Shown here: positions 1-12,691 of the stretch, piece after piece
Numbering within the stretch: the first letter of the stretch is position 1
Layout: every line of letters begins with the position of its first letter
NCBI GenBank assembly: GCA_040357565.1
Contig: JBDODJ010000008.1
DNA length: 64,000 nucleotides
Direction: 5' to 3' (one strand)
Origin: Cercozoa sp. M6MM
Taxonomy: Eukaryota > Protista > Endomyxa: Ascetosporea
Notes under the pieces: model-generated
Told to the model about the DNA's origin: nothing
The model's input: only the letters and a program-made list of their open reading frames with translations
Database searches by the model: none
Position numbers and translations under genes: made by a program

Positions 1-371
1 GAAGGCACTTATGGGGACGCATCTCACGGATGAAATCTAGTGTCTGAGGAGGTGTGTACAGGGAGAGAACGAAAAAACGGAAAGTACCTGAGGCCAGCAG
101 AAATGTGCTGGATGCGCATTTCGATTGCGAAACACACAGTCCAACACCAGAAGATCGATGGGCTGGAGTGTACACATCATAGTTACATTCAAAGGCGTAG
201 TTTGTGTAGTTTGTGTACCCACTTCTGTAGCCACTCGCGTGTATGCGAGGGCACAGACGAAACGTCGCTGATGTAGACGATTCGACGTCTCCTTTGCTCT
301 TCTTCGAAAAGTATGAGGGGTAAAAACGATACATAGGCAATTACGCGGGAGAAAAGGGGTCAAGGGAGTAC

Positions 372-419
<48 letters not shown>

Positions 420-845
420 NNNNNNNNNNNNNNNNNNNNNNNNNNNNNNNNNNNNNNNNNNNNNNNNNNNNNNNNNNNNNNNNNNNNNNNNNNNNNNNNN
501 NNNNNNNNNNNNNNNNNNNCACACACACACACACGTGACACACACACAGACAGAGATAAGCATCAATAAATTTACTTTCGAAAGGTGTGCAGACGATTGA
601 AGAATGAAAGTGACAGCTTTCGATGCGATCTCCGACAATGTTTGCGACAGATTGCCACTCTGCAAACGCACGCAGGCAGCTGAAGTTCATACTGACAGTC
701 AAAAGCAGCTGACATACAGTAGCAGAGGGTCGCCAGGAATGCAGCGAGCACAGCTCTCGGAGCAACTCGAGCACCTGCTGCACCACAGGGTGCACACCGC
801 CCCTGTCCTGTTAAAACACTCTGTAAGCAGAAGACGAAAGTATGT

Positions 846-921
<76 letters not shown>

Positions 922-1486
922 AGTTACCGAAGCCGGAAAATGTTGGCCCGACTCCTCAAGGAAAGTCAAAAGTTTGCGTTTGGCCGATATCACGCGTGTT
1001 TCCTGTTTGTTTTCGAAGGGTGTTATAGCAAAACAAATAAGTAGAAAGAGGTACGGCCTCTTCTGACAGGGTGTCGACGAGAGGCGCCAGGGCCGGTGAC
1101 AGCTGCGTGAACTCGGAGCTGTTGTCTGTGACGACTGCTTTGACACGCAAGGCGGCGACCTGTCGCACATACGCACACATATGCACATGTGTCAACCGAT
1201 ATATCTAGCCACGAACCAGACGTGTCGAGAAGGCTGCGAAGTCCGCTAGTTTCTTCGCTTCATTCTGCGAACACTGGATATTTTAAAAAACAGCGAACAC
1301 AGAGTCAAACCTTGGCGGCGTCAGCGGCTTCAAGAACGCGTTTGTTCCACTTCTCCACTGCGGGGGCCTACAGGTGCGTGCGTGAGTGTGTGCAAGCACT
1401 GTGTGGATAGCGTGCGTGCGTTAAATACCGCGATTTGAGCAAGCAAACTGTCAAGACACGCCGAGTCGGCGCAGGTGTATCTATCT

Positions 1487-1537
<51 letters not shown>

Positions 1538-3346
1538 TATTTATATCCATGAATACACAAGGTAGATCGCGATTACGGGTGAAGTGCACCTGAGAAGAAA
1601 GGCATGCAGGTGACTCTCTTGCCGAAGCGCGCGCAGCAGCCTAAACAGGGTGTGGAAACGAATCAAAGGAGGCGCAGGGGTAAATACCGCAGACAAGTGT
1701 TTTGCACGAGTGCAGCCACATCGTCGTCCTCGTTCAACTGCAGGAAAGAGACAACTCAATGTCCGCACTTCACAAAAGGTAGAATGGAAAGCCTACATCG
1801 TCGTGAGACATCGTGGCGTTGGACATTGCAGTGAGGCTAATGTCGTCTTGTTCCTCTTGTTGCTGTGGTTCTTGTTTTTGTTGTGACTGTTGTTTTGTGC
1901 TGTACAAGGACGTATTGAGTATCGAATGGTCCACGGTGGCGTTCGTGCTGCACAATAAAATGTGAACCTTAACTATCTTGAGATTAACTCTGCTGTACCT
2001 CTCATTGAGCGAATGCGAAATGTTGGCATCCTGCGGCGTGGTTACGACCACTTGTAGCTCTGTCTTGAATCCGTATAGATTACTTCTGCTGATAGCATTC
2101 CCTCTGTACCAGCACCGTCTTCATTATCGCCTGCATTGGTGGCGGCGGCGATTTCTTCAAAACGCTCTCGCTGTCGGCGCAACTGACGCTTTGCCTGTAG
2201 CGCAGTATCAAGTAAAGAGTATAAGGGGTAAAAATTACAGAATGCGAGGTACCCTCCGCATACGCCGAAAGTGTTCTAAATTAAAGTTCATCGCTTTGAC
2301 GTGCGCGTACAGCACACGACTTCGATGCGCCGCAACGAGAGCAACGAGTTGCGTGATGGCACTCGGGGCAGACAATACAGGCAGTTCGAGTGCCTTCTTG
2401 GGCACCACGGCCTTCTGCATCGAGACGAGTTTCTGCGCCACCTCGCGCGAGTCGCGTGCCAGCAGTTCCAGTGACGCGAATGCTTTCTGTGTTGGCTGCC
2501 ACTTTTCGTACCTCTCTGGAAGGGTGTATTCAGGATAGGTAGAGAAAACTAATGGCAAAAAAGGAACAGGATACCTGGTGCAGGCACAGGCATCTGTGCG
2601 AGCGAGTCGTCTAAAAACTTGAGCAACGAGGCGCACGTCGCTTTCGGTGAATTAACAAGTAAGACTCAAGACAAACACACCAGATATCAGAGCAGCTACT
2701 CAATCGAAGCGGACGCAGTCTTTTGAGGGCACTGTTACGCAAAGTGTTTGTCTAGTGAAGAGCATTGAACAACAAGTAGGGTGCACCTCGAAGACGACAT
2801 CAGATCCGTGTGCTCTTGAAAGAAGTGCAGTGCCTTGTCCAGGCTAAATAGGGAAATGCCCCAAAGGTGACAATGTTCTCAGAAGGTTAGGGAAAAAGCA
2901 GTACACGCGCGCAAAGTTTTCTGACAGCGCCTCGTCGCTGCTGGGATGACGCAACAGCACCGCCGCCAGCTCGGTTACCTGCAACAACTCCTGCGGACAC
3001 CACATAGGAGATCTGAAATTAGCTAATAAAACAGTAACACTAATAAAAACGCACCTGCTGCAGCGATACAAGGTTGCGTTGCTCGCGATACGTGCCTCGC
3101 GTTCGTCTCTCCTACTCCAGGGCCTTGCATCATTTTCAAGAAAATCCAAGAGCTCCGCTTGATACCAAAATGGTCGATCGTTTCGCAAGCGCAGCGACGC
3201 GTTGCTCCATCATGCGTAGTTCCTCTTGACACTACACGGAGTTTGTGTGATCACCAAACATGCAAAAGAAAACAAAACACCTCGCTCTGATGTGATTCAA
3301 GAACAGCCATCGCCTGCTCTAACTCATCTTGCTGCTGTTGCATCAT
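1..3346 (-). CDS. COG3/Sec34-like Golgi tethering subunit (divergent, multi-exon, 3' end runs off window)
   Basis: ATG at 3346 (MMQQQQDELEQAMAVLE). Spliced segments resemble COG3 blocks in the expected order: FARVLDKALHFFQEH..SSALKRLR; DVAALVQNTCLRLLRALRQESHLHAFLL; LVAALRVKAVVTD..LSPALAPLVDTLSEEAETRV; HPVVQQVLELLREL. Confidence 0.55.
373..531. repeat. (GT)n/(CA)n microsatellite with 100-N gap, intronic
   Basis: Direct observation. Confidence 0.95.
849..920. repeat. (AG)n microsatellite, intronic
   Basis: Direct observation. Confidence 0.95.
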
Positions 3347-3517
3347 AGTTTTACAGTAGAATGTAGTCCGTTAACGCGAGTGTAAGGCTCATAGCCGCCT
3401 GTTTGAGTAGGCCCGGATCGGTTGCAAGTCTGAAACAAAACTGGAACAGTTCCTAAACCGAAAAGAAAGATTAGTTGCGCTTTTTTAGGTGCTTCAGCCT
3501 TCTAAATTCTACCGTAC

Positions 3518-5308
3518 ATGGAAAGGTGTGATCTTCTTTCATTTCTTGTACAGTATTCCGATAATTTTCTCGAGATTCCGAGCTTTGTGGGCTGCAGACT
3601 CAAGCGGCATTTACATGCGTGCTTTCGAGCCGTGAACCAGGACGATGTAGGTGCCCTCGCATCTGCGATTGAACTAGCGCTGGAAGAAGGAAACGAGGAG
3701 GCGCCTGATGTAGTCATCAAGCAGCTGCTAAGCGCTCAAGACAGCGGTTTCGATACTCTACTACACCGTGCCGCGGAGCATGCAGAGGAGCCAATGATGT
3801 TGCATCTGCTTTCTCTGATTCGGCGAGTCTCCGATGCTGGTATGGTATATGTTCGATGCATATAATTTATGGTGAATCCTTTGGAACAGAGTACTACTTT
3901 ATAGCTCCAGGCGAAACCTGCGAATCCTTCGAGGCGTTGACACCACAGATACGGCATCGCCGCTACTGTCGACGAAATACATTTGAGACGCTGCGTCACT
4001 TTTTTGATGCGGAGAACTGCGAGGTATCAGGATTTACTTTTTCCGATATCAACAGCTCCAGTCATGCATCTGTGTGCATCAATGCAGGGCGTTCGTCCTA
4101 TGCACATTGCCGCTCAAAAAGTCCTTACTCATACTGTCTGTATCTGATGTATTGAAGAAAATCCAGATCTGATATTTCGACAGGGCAAGGTTGGCGTGGT
4201 GAAACTGCTGCTGGAGGTGGGTGCGTCGTTACAGGCACCTGACCTGCAGGATCGCACGGTATCTGAGTCTTGAGAGCCACTATCATGTATGAAATAGTAG
4301 CTCATCAGCCAATAAACTAATGTGCGTCTGATGTCGCAGCCTCTGCTACACGGAATTGCGTCTCGCAACATCGACCTTGTCAAATACCTCTTGGCACGGG
4401 GTATAACTTTCACGGACACGGTCTTTTGTCGCTCTTATTGATACGGCGTAGGAGCGAAGCAGGCTGTAACACGCCAACAGCGAGCGACGCCATTGTTGCG
4501 GGCACTGCAGCATGGTAGAATAGTCTCTCGTTTCCCGAGCTAAATATCGGTGGTTGATTTTGTTTGTTGCAGGAAACAAGGAGATGGCACTCCTTCTGCT
4601 GGATCATTGCGCGAGCGTTCAGGTGTCTCGGTTTCTTCCGTGATCTTGCTGACTTTATTCATCTCTGTTCCCCAGTACTTAAACGAGTGCGATAAGACTG
4701 GGCGGACGGCGCTGCAGTGGAGTGCCACAAGAGGCAGCGACCTGCTTGATGTTGCACAACTCCTATTGCACAAGGGTAACAATGCTAGGTGTGCCTGTGC
4801 CATACTCTGTTTAGGATGTGAAGTTATGTGTGTGTCGGCAGGTGCCAGAGTGGACGCAGCTGCCTTCAATACAGCCATGAATAGTGGCAGTGTGCCGCTC
4901 GTGCAGTTACTTCTTGAGCATGGCGAGTCGGGCGGTGTCTACTGCTAGCTCCTTTCTCATCCTTCTTGTCCTGCTTTACGGGGCGCCCCCCCCCCAGACG
5001 AGGGCGAAAGCAGAGTCGACATAATCCAGCGTTTTCTCGGCACTAAAGTACTTTCTTCATTGACTCTTTTCTTTGTTTAATACCTTTCTCCCCTTGGTAG
5101 GAAGTGCTACACCTGGCGGCAAAGCAGCGTTGGCTACCCGGCATTGTCGCTTTCGTTTGGGATTACGTCAAGGTAAATCTCCTGTGACATACTCTGTGAC
5201 TTTATATTATTGTACATTTGCTTTTGGCATTTGTAGACTGAAGATGCCGCCAGGAAACAATGGCTCTCGCGTTGCACTCGAAACGGTTGATTGCCGCATT
5301 CCGCTCCG

Positions 5309-5360
<52 letters not shown>

Positions 5361-7501
5361 GTCCATTTCTTTGCCCCTGATTGTTTCTTCTCTTTGTAGG
5401 CACAACTGCGTTGCACGAGGCATGTCAGCGTCATCTTTTAATGCCAGCAGATGCGTCACTGGTCAACTGGCTACTGAGCGTGGGTACAACGCTTATTTAA
5501 TCGCCTGTTTACGGCAAACAGAAAGGAGGTTCGTAGGCGCCGACCCAAATGCTGTAGCTACATTGCGCGAGGACTACCGAGGCGACCAAGCGTAACTGTC
5601 TTGTATTGCTTTATATATCTTTACCCTGTTGCTCTTGCAGTCAAAACGCGCTAGGACAGCTTGCACGCAGTCTCCGCCGAATTCATAACCCACTTCGATT
5701 GTAAATTTAGCACACACGTCCTCAAACTAAGAGGATTTAAACCTTGAGAGGCGTTTTGTCGAGTTACAGTGAAGCACGAGCTGTGCCAAACAAGGTGGCG
5801 TTTCAACGGTACATCCTTTCAAAAAAAGAGGGAAGAGAAGTTGATTGTGGTTTATCCTCGCAGCTTCATCGATGTGGTGCCGTGCCTGCTGCAAAAAGGC
5901 GTGAAAGTTGACGATGCTTTTGATGTGCTTCTCGAGGTACTCAGTACCACCCGAGGGTCGGAATGTAGAGGTTATAGCTATCTCAATCGGGATAACATGC
6001 TCAATCGTTCCAGATGACGCAACATGAGGCTCTGTACAGCGACTTGTGTCGTCTGATACAAGTGCTAGTAGATCGGGGTGCACTGCTTGACCGTGCTTGT
6101 ACACCTTCTGTTACCTTGTTCTTGACCCCATATTATTCCCTTTGCCGACAGTCTCGCAACGGTCGCTGCTGCGTGCTGTGAGTGCCGCCGAGGGCTTTTT
6201 CAATACGAATTTTCGGCGCACTCTCGTATCAGCAGTTTACTCATTTGCCCCTTCCATGTTGTCATCCTTTTTACCCTTCATTACTTTACGCTTTGATCTA
6301 ACTTGACTGAATTAGATACGGAACGATATGCATTACAACGCGAGGGTTTTCGACAGTTTGCGAAATTTCTGCGTTCTACTCGATGTCTTTGCTTCAAACA
6401 AACTGTATCTTTCCTCCTTTTCACCTTTCTATGTACCGCTTCCCTTCTTGTGTATTTAAATTAAAGGTTATCCGATGAAGAGTTCAGAAGCTTGCTTCTA
6501 CTCGGTAAACTTGTACAGCTTTCTTATCAGTTAAAATGTATACCCATGCGATTTTCAGATTCCCCGGGGTACGGCTGCAATGTTTCGTGCGCCCTTCCGA
6601 TTCTCAAGCAAGCAGTGCAATTGCCACTGGTGTGTCCATAACGTTTTGAACCTTGTCACTTGTTATTCTTGAGCTCTTTATGACGCGTAGATGTGGCTTT
6701 GGCGCTCCTCGCCGCTTGAGTCGAAACCCCTGCCAGCGCGAGTGCGGCGGCGTCTGTGTCACAACCTCAATCGTTCCGTCTTCGGCGATGATGAGGACGA
6801 CTTTTTTAGTGGCAACAGCGACGAATCTGACGTTGAAAATGAAGTATACCGCTCACGCGTCTGACCTTTTTCTTTTTCGCGGCCCTTATCCCATGTATCA
6901 AAGGAGGAACATCTCGATCGTCCCGGGCACGTGTTATCGTTGTACTGCATGCTTCATGCATTCGTCCTGCATTGGAGAGGTAGCCTTTCGAACCTGGTAC
7001 CCTCGCTGCGTGTTTTATTTTGTTCTCCTCGCAGACCAGGCGATACAGCAGCTGCTGACGCACGACATCTCATGTGATGTGGCAGCACTGTGCGCTGACT
7101 ATGCTGTCATCGGTTTTGTATGATTCCAGCTACTCCCTTCATCAACTCTTGAGCAACAACGTGAGTTTTCTTTTGCTGATTTGCAGGGCGCGGGTGTACG
7201 CTTGCAAACTCTCCTTAAAAATGACGGATGTGTGTCAGCCAATCTCTTCTTTTCCGGTCTGAAAGGTGCAGCTCACTCTGTTCGCCAGATAAATTTGTGA
7301 AATGCCTCTGATTTTGGTATTGTAGCCAAAGACGCGTTTCTCCAGCATTGTCTGAGCGTGCTCCAGTGTCGGTGTGACAGTCAGAATGCTGTCTCTTATG
7401 AGTCAGAAATTGAAAGCGACGACGCTGACGGGCAGCCAGACGCTACTCGGCTGCGCTTCAGAGTTCTTGCCAGTGCGTGCTTCGAGTCACTGGACGAGTG
7501 A
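3518..7501 (+). CDS. Ankyrin-repeat protein (multi-exon)
   Basis: Spliced ankyrin repeats: GFDTLLHRAAEH, GVRPMHIAAQK|GKVGVVKLLLEVGA, PLLHGIASRNIDLVKYLLARG, GRTALQWSATRG..VAQLLLHKG, GADPNA. Last exon ...SACFESLDE-TGA (7499-7501). The C-terminal exon structure is less certain. Confidence 0.8.
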
Positions 7502-7612
7502 CATGTTGCGTCGCTGGGTCGCGACAATCAAAAGTGGTGAGCCAGTTCGTTCGGTTCCGCGACCGGAGTTGTTGCATCTCTTTAGTTTTTTAGTTATATA
7601 TGTACATGGATA

Positions 7613-7686
7613 ACCCAGCACCACTGCCAGTAGAAAACTGCCAGTAGACTGAATCAATAACACCCAGCACCACTGCCAGTAGAAAA
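7613..7686. repeat. 25-bp direct repeat ACCCAGCACCACTGCCAGTAGAAAA x2 (7613-7637, 7662-7686)
   Basis: Exact duplicate with 49-bp period in the intergenic region upstream of the SET gene. Confidence 0.9.
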
Positions 7687-7770
7687 TTGCCAACCCTTGA
7701 CCGACTGTGTCAAAGCGTCCAGAACAGTTCCCGGGTGTGCTGCTGTATAGGCTAGTACAAACTCAGTCAG

Positions 7771-9849
7771 ATGAGCTCTAACGACAATGCGGTGGAATTT
7801 TCGGGTGGCTTGGCTCGTGTGCTGGAGGACCTCCCGATCGGTTCGGCACTGTTGACAGTGCCGAAGCAAGAATGTCTGGTAGCTGCGGCCGAGTTTTCTC
7901 ACCTGAGTCCAGTCGAAGCACTGGCGGCTACTTTGCTGTACCCCGCTAGATTGTCAACAAGTGTTTGAAGACTCAAAGCTGTCAACCCTGTAGCAAAAGA
8001 GAGTCTACCGATGATGCCGTCGCCGACTTTAGCGACAATGTCAACAGCACGGTAAACAAGCAACCTTGCTTTCTCTCGTTCAAACGTCGTCGTATCTGTT
8101 CTCAGTTGGAGTGGAGTGCTCCGGAGATGGCTTTGATCAGCAACACAGCAGCTTACTTTGGTACGCATGGGATACAAAAGAATGAAAGCCACATCATGTG
8201 GGATTAGAGGAGTGAAACCCAACATATGCATCTTATAGAAACGGAGCGCGCTAAGCGTGCGCTGATGGAGTCGTTTCTGCAGGTTAAACTTGCCTTGCGT
8301 TGCACCAAGCAGGTATCACCTGATCATGATACCACTTCTCTTTGGCACCGCAGAATTTACCCTCGCCTCTTCATTTTTTAAGGCCTGGATCAAAGCGAAT
8401 GCACGTGCGCACTGTTTCTTCTTTCAAGGTGTGTCTGTGTCTGTTGTGTCTGTGTCTGTGTCTGTGTCTGTGTCTGTGTCTGTGTCTGTGTCTGTGTCTG
8501 TGTCTGTCGAACCAAATATTTTTAATACTCTCACTTAGACCTGCTCGTTCCTCACCTGTCGGCCTTCCGCGCGGACACAGTATCTTGGATTTTCTTGAGT
8601 CACAGACCACTCTGCTAGAAAATATTTTTCAGCCGAACGCTAAAGCAGTTAGCGTCGAGGTTAGCGAGGATTCCGTCATTTTTGTCGCGCAGGAAGATGT
8701 ACTTTTTCTGTGTTAATTGGGGGTGGGTTAAAAGTGTTGGGCAGCTTCCCAGGGCTGTCTCTTTGACAAAGCTATTTGCTGTGCAGGTGCAGCAAGGCGA
8801 CGCGCTGAATTTCCCTGTGGCTGGTGTTCGAGCCATGCTCGCGGGCGCGCTTCCTGTGAGTTGACTACGTGACGGAGGTTGTCAAATGGGAGTAATAATG
8901 TAGAGTCCACACACGGTGTCGGCGTGGGCGCAGCTGCAGCAATCGCCGCTCGCCCCTGTGCAGCTCAAGATTGTATGCCCTCCCTGTGCATCTACTGATG
9001 GCACCTTTTAATAACATCCTTGAGGGCACTGAAGTACAGTATTTGTATGTTTGTAGCTGTCGTTGAACGGGTTTCGCCGACTCCACGAATTCCGCCTCAG
9101 CGACAGCACGCCCGTGCCGCGTAACACACCACAGTTCCTCTGGTGCGTGCAGTAGTAGGGTCAAATGGGATCAACTGGATTTATGTGACGTGCAGATGGA
9201 CTGCGTGCCTTTGTGCGCGTGCAGTTAATGGGCATGGAAGACATCATGGAGCTTCTCGAGGATTTGGGTGCACAACATACCACATTATACGTGAGTTACC
9301 TCTGTTACTTTCTTACCCTGCATAGAGGACGAAGAGGATGAGCAAAAACGCGACGTTGTGCCGCAATATGTGTCGGCTTCCAATGGTGACTAACCTTTAT
9401 GAGGGTTGCCGGGCGGAAACAAGCGTGTCTGTGCAGAGTACCGTATGTTGCACGCGCTCAAGCAAACGTTCACGCAGATGCTGCGCAACGTGCCGCAAGT
9501 GCCGACGGAAGCACCAGCCGACTGCAAGCTGCCTCGTTTCAACATTGCCCGTGCACTCGCTGTCCACGACACTGCGGTGCGTTGTTTCTTTTGCACTTTA
9601 CGTATTGATGTATCTTTCCTCGGCAGGTGCTAAACAAGGCGATTGCTATGGTGGATGCCGATATCGCCCGCCTCGAAGAGGATATGCCCGAGCTCCGACA
9701 GCACGTCCGCGTCTCTTCCTAAACTTGCTTTGCCGTGCGTTGTGTTGGACTCCGTCGACAGGGATGCCCGTCGGGTTCTTTCTGTGACTTTTGACCGCCG
9801 TCTTAACCTGACCGATCGGATCGTCATTGTCACTGGCAGCTTTAGTTAA
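7771..9849 (+). CDS. Rubisco-LSMT/SETD3-type SET-domain protein (degenerate)
   Basis: Spliced: GLARVLEDLPIGSALLTVP..., LEWSAPEMALISNT, AWIKANARA, DLLVPHLSAFRAD, FVAQED|VQQGDALNF. These follow the order of LSMT-type SET motifs. Confidence 0.6.
8430..8507. repeat. (GTGTCT)n hexamer repeat, intronic
   Basis: Direct observation. Confidence 0.95.
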
Positions 9850-10063
9850 CCTGCGCTGATAGACTTGATTGAAGTAGCATGGTAATGGCCCGGCGGGCCG
9901 CGGGCACTGGCAGTAGGGTCGAATTGACGCGGTGCACAACGATTCAAACGCACAACTGCCATCGAGGCGTTTCTTGCGTTGGCTGTCAGTTGTTGCAATC
10001 AAACTACTTTAATATTCGCTCTTAATCTACTAAACAAGCTATAAGAAAGTCTGCACACTGTAG

Positions 10064-12334
10064 ATGCCTTTCACGCCGCTTACTAGTCTACTTGGAGGGT
10101 GCAGTGTTTTGTTTTCTATTTTGTGTGCGAGCTTGCTTTGGTGCGTTCGTAGTATCGGAATTGGTGCCACAACGTCGGCGCACTTGGCCCTCAATGTACT
10201 GTCTCTGTTTTTATGAGGTCAATGTGCGAATATACCGTATTTGGCAGGGCAGGATCACCGGCATTTCGGGCATTGTCAATGGCTTGCGACGACAATGGTA
10301 GCAAGCCTTGTGGCGGCTTGGTTCAAAGAGTTACCTTGTGTTTTGATTTGTGCAGGCGTCGTATCGTGAATGTTAACGACTTGGAACAACAGCTTGACGT
10401 GGAACAGGTACCAGAATCATGTTTAGTGTCCGAATCGAGTATGTTTGTGTACCCATGTAGCCACTCAAGGAAGGCGAGGAGAAGAAGGAAACTGTGCGCG
10501 AACGCTTCGCGAAAACAGAGTCACCGGATGCCTGGAGGGCTGTACGACTGTTTTTGATTTCTGTCTTTCCATCTTGTGTCTGAATGTATACATGTGTGCA
10601 GGCATTTACCCTGGGTTTGGTGTCCTCGGGTGCCGCACTTGGACTCGCCGATCCTGTGGTAAAGGATATGGGGTTGGGGGCAATTCCTAATGCATGCTGT
10701 AACGTCAAGATGCCTGTGTTGTGCGTGTGTGAACAGATGTTTTTTGGCGGCTTGGCACAACCGGGCTCTGCAGGCGTTCCGTCGCTGCTCTCCATGGGCC
10801 TGGGCGGTACCCCCCTTTCCCTAATCCTGTCCACCTTTTCTTGGATGTGTGTTTTGCCTTGTTAGGTGCGCTGGTGGGCTACGGTACTGCCATGGGCAGG
10901 TAGTTTTGTCTAAACTCTAACACGCTTCTTTTGGCTTACTTTCCTCACAATGTTGGCATGCGCAGTGGCTGCACAAGCGGACATGGTGTCTGTGGTCTGC
11001 CTCGTGTACGTTTATCCATTTTCCTCACCTTGTATCAGTATTCCCTTGGGTGACGCAGCTGTCGATGCGCTCGTTGGCGGCAGTTGGCACCTTTATGACG
11101 ACGGGTGCTCTTACGGCGTCTTCAATGTATCCGTTTTCTCATGCGAATGTCTGTTTTACCCGTTTCGCCCGTTCAGTGCGTCGTCCGAGTCACTGTCGGC
11201 GCTGCTGCGCACAGTGACGCCGTCGATCGATGCGCTCGCTTTTGACGCCTGGGGCGGCGGTCAGGCACTCGCGCTGGTGACCGCCGTTGGTTTGGCTGCC
11301 AAGTGGCAATACGTACTACCTGACTCCTACCTATAGTACCCTCTTCCCTTCCTGGTTTTCATTTAATCGTGATGCAGGCCATGACGCATCCAAACAACAA
11401 GGAGACCTGGAAGAGCACGCTGTCAAGTGCGCTGGTCGGCCTCGGCTTCGGTGGATCGCTCGGCCTGGCAGGCATGACTGACACCGCCAAGGTAGTTGAA
11501 AGTGCCCTCTGCTTCCTGTCCATAAGTACGGTACGTATATGGACAGATCTTGGGTTTCCTATCGCCTTTGACGGATATTTTTGACCCATCGCTCGCCTTT
11601 GTCATGGGTGGCGCCGTTTCTGTGAACTACTTCACGTTCAAGCACTTGATGGCAAACGTACTGCTGCGTTCGTTTGTCCTTTGTTGTCTTCTCCCTACTG
11701 CGCCCTTTCCCTGTAGAAAAAGTTCCCTCTGCTTAAGAACTGCAAGATGGAGCTGCCATCTGCCAAGTGCGTTTGTCTCTGCTGGAAATTGGGAGGCCAA
11801 GTTAGGTATATTTAGGGTGATCACACCGGCGTTGCTGCTGGGCTCGGCCTTGTTCGGCGTCGGCTGGGGCATCTCTGGCGTCTGTCCCGGACCGTGAGTT
11901 TCTGGTGCATGTGCTGGATGGAGTGTGTATCCAAGCGTGTTTATTTATTTTATACTTTGGCCTGCAGGGCAATGGTCGGTATCGGCTCTGGTCTGTTCCC
12001 GTTCTGGTATCTGTGATTTATTTCTTGTTTTGTCTGAGAGTTGCGATATTGACTGATTGGAATCCAGGGTCTACGCGCTTTCGATGCTGTCGGGTCAGTA
12101 CGCCTACGATCGCACTTTGAACACACTCCCGCATGCCGTGCGCACCATCCTCTTCCTCGAGAGCAGTATGTTCTGCTCTTCGTTATTTGCCTGTCGTTTC
12201 GGCTTCATGCTTGCGCGCCTCCATGCGCAGAGGACGACAAGAATGACAAGGCTGAACAGACGGAGGAGAACGATGACAAGAAACAGAAGGATACGGATGC
12301 TACGGCCACTAAAATTACCGTCACGGCGGAGTGA
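10064..12334 (+). CDS. YeeE/YedE family (thiosulfate/sulfur transporter), both halves fused in one polypeptide
   Basis: MPFTPLTSLLGG.., NGRITGISGIV, GSGCTSGHGVCGLPRLSMRS, GLAGMTDTAK|ILGFL..FDPSLAFVMGGA, GSALFGVGWGISGVCPGP. Confidence 0.9.
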
Positions 12335-12691
12335 CCGATTACCGGCGTACACCATCGGCCCGAAAGTGTTTGCACGCAAACGCAACGACGACCCGGTCTT
12401 TTTTATGATGGTGATCGGGGAACTGAACGCAATTGCGCCGCACGAACCTGACCGTCAGGTACTGACGCAACAGTACCGACGCGACGGATAGCGAGAAAAC
12501 TCCGGGTACCATGAAGCATCGTACACAGTTTTTGCCGCTAAAATTAAGAAATTAGTTATGAAAATCCCTACCGCTATACCGAACAAACGACATTAAGACA
12601 TTGATTTCTCTAATTGGTAGTGTTAAGTGCATAATACACTTCGTGGTACTCGAAAACTCCATACCAATGGATAGCGACACCATTCTGCACT

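Noticed and set aside
7290-7970. Apparent in-frame TGA codons suggesting UGA=Trp recoding
   Set aside because: The TGAs at ~7298 and ~7966 fall inside ordinary GT-AG introns and 7499 is a plausible true stop. Conserved genes use TGG for Trp, and several genes (UCH-L3, COQ11-like, YeeE, PDE) end in TGA.
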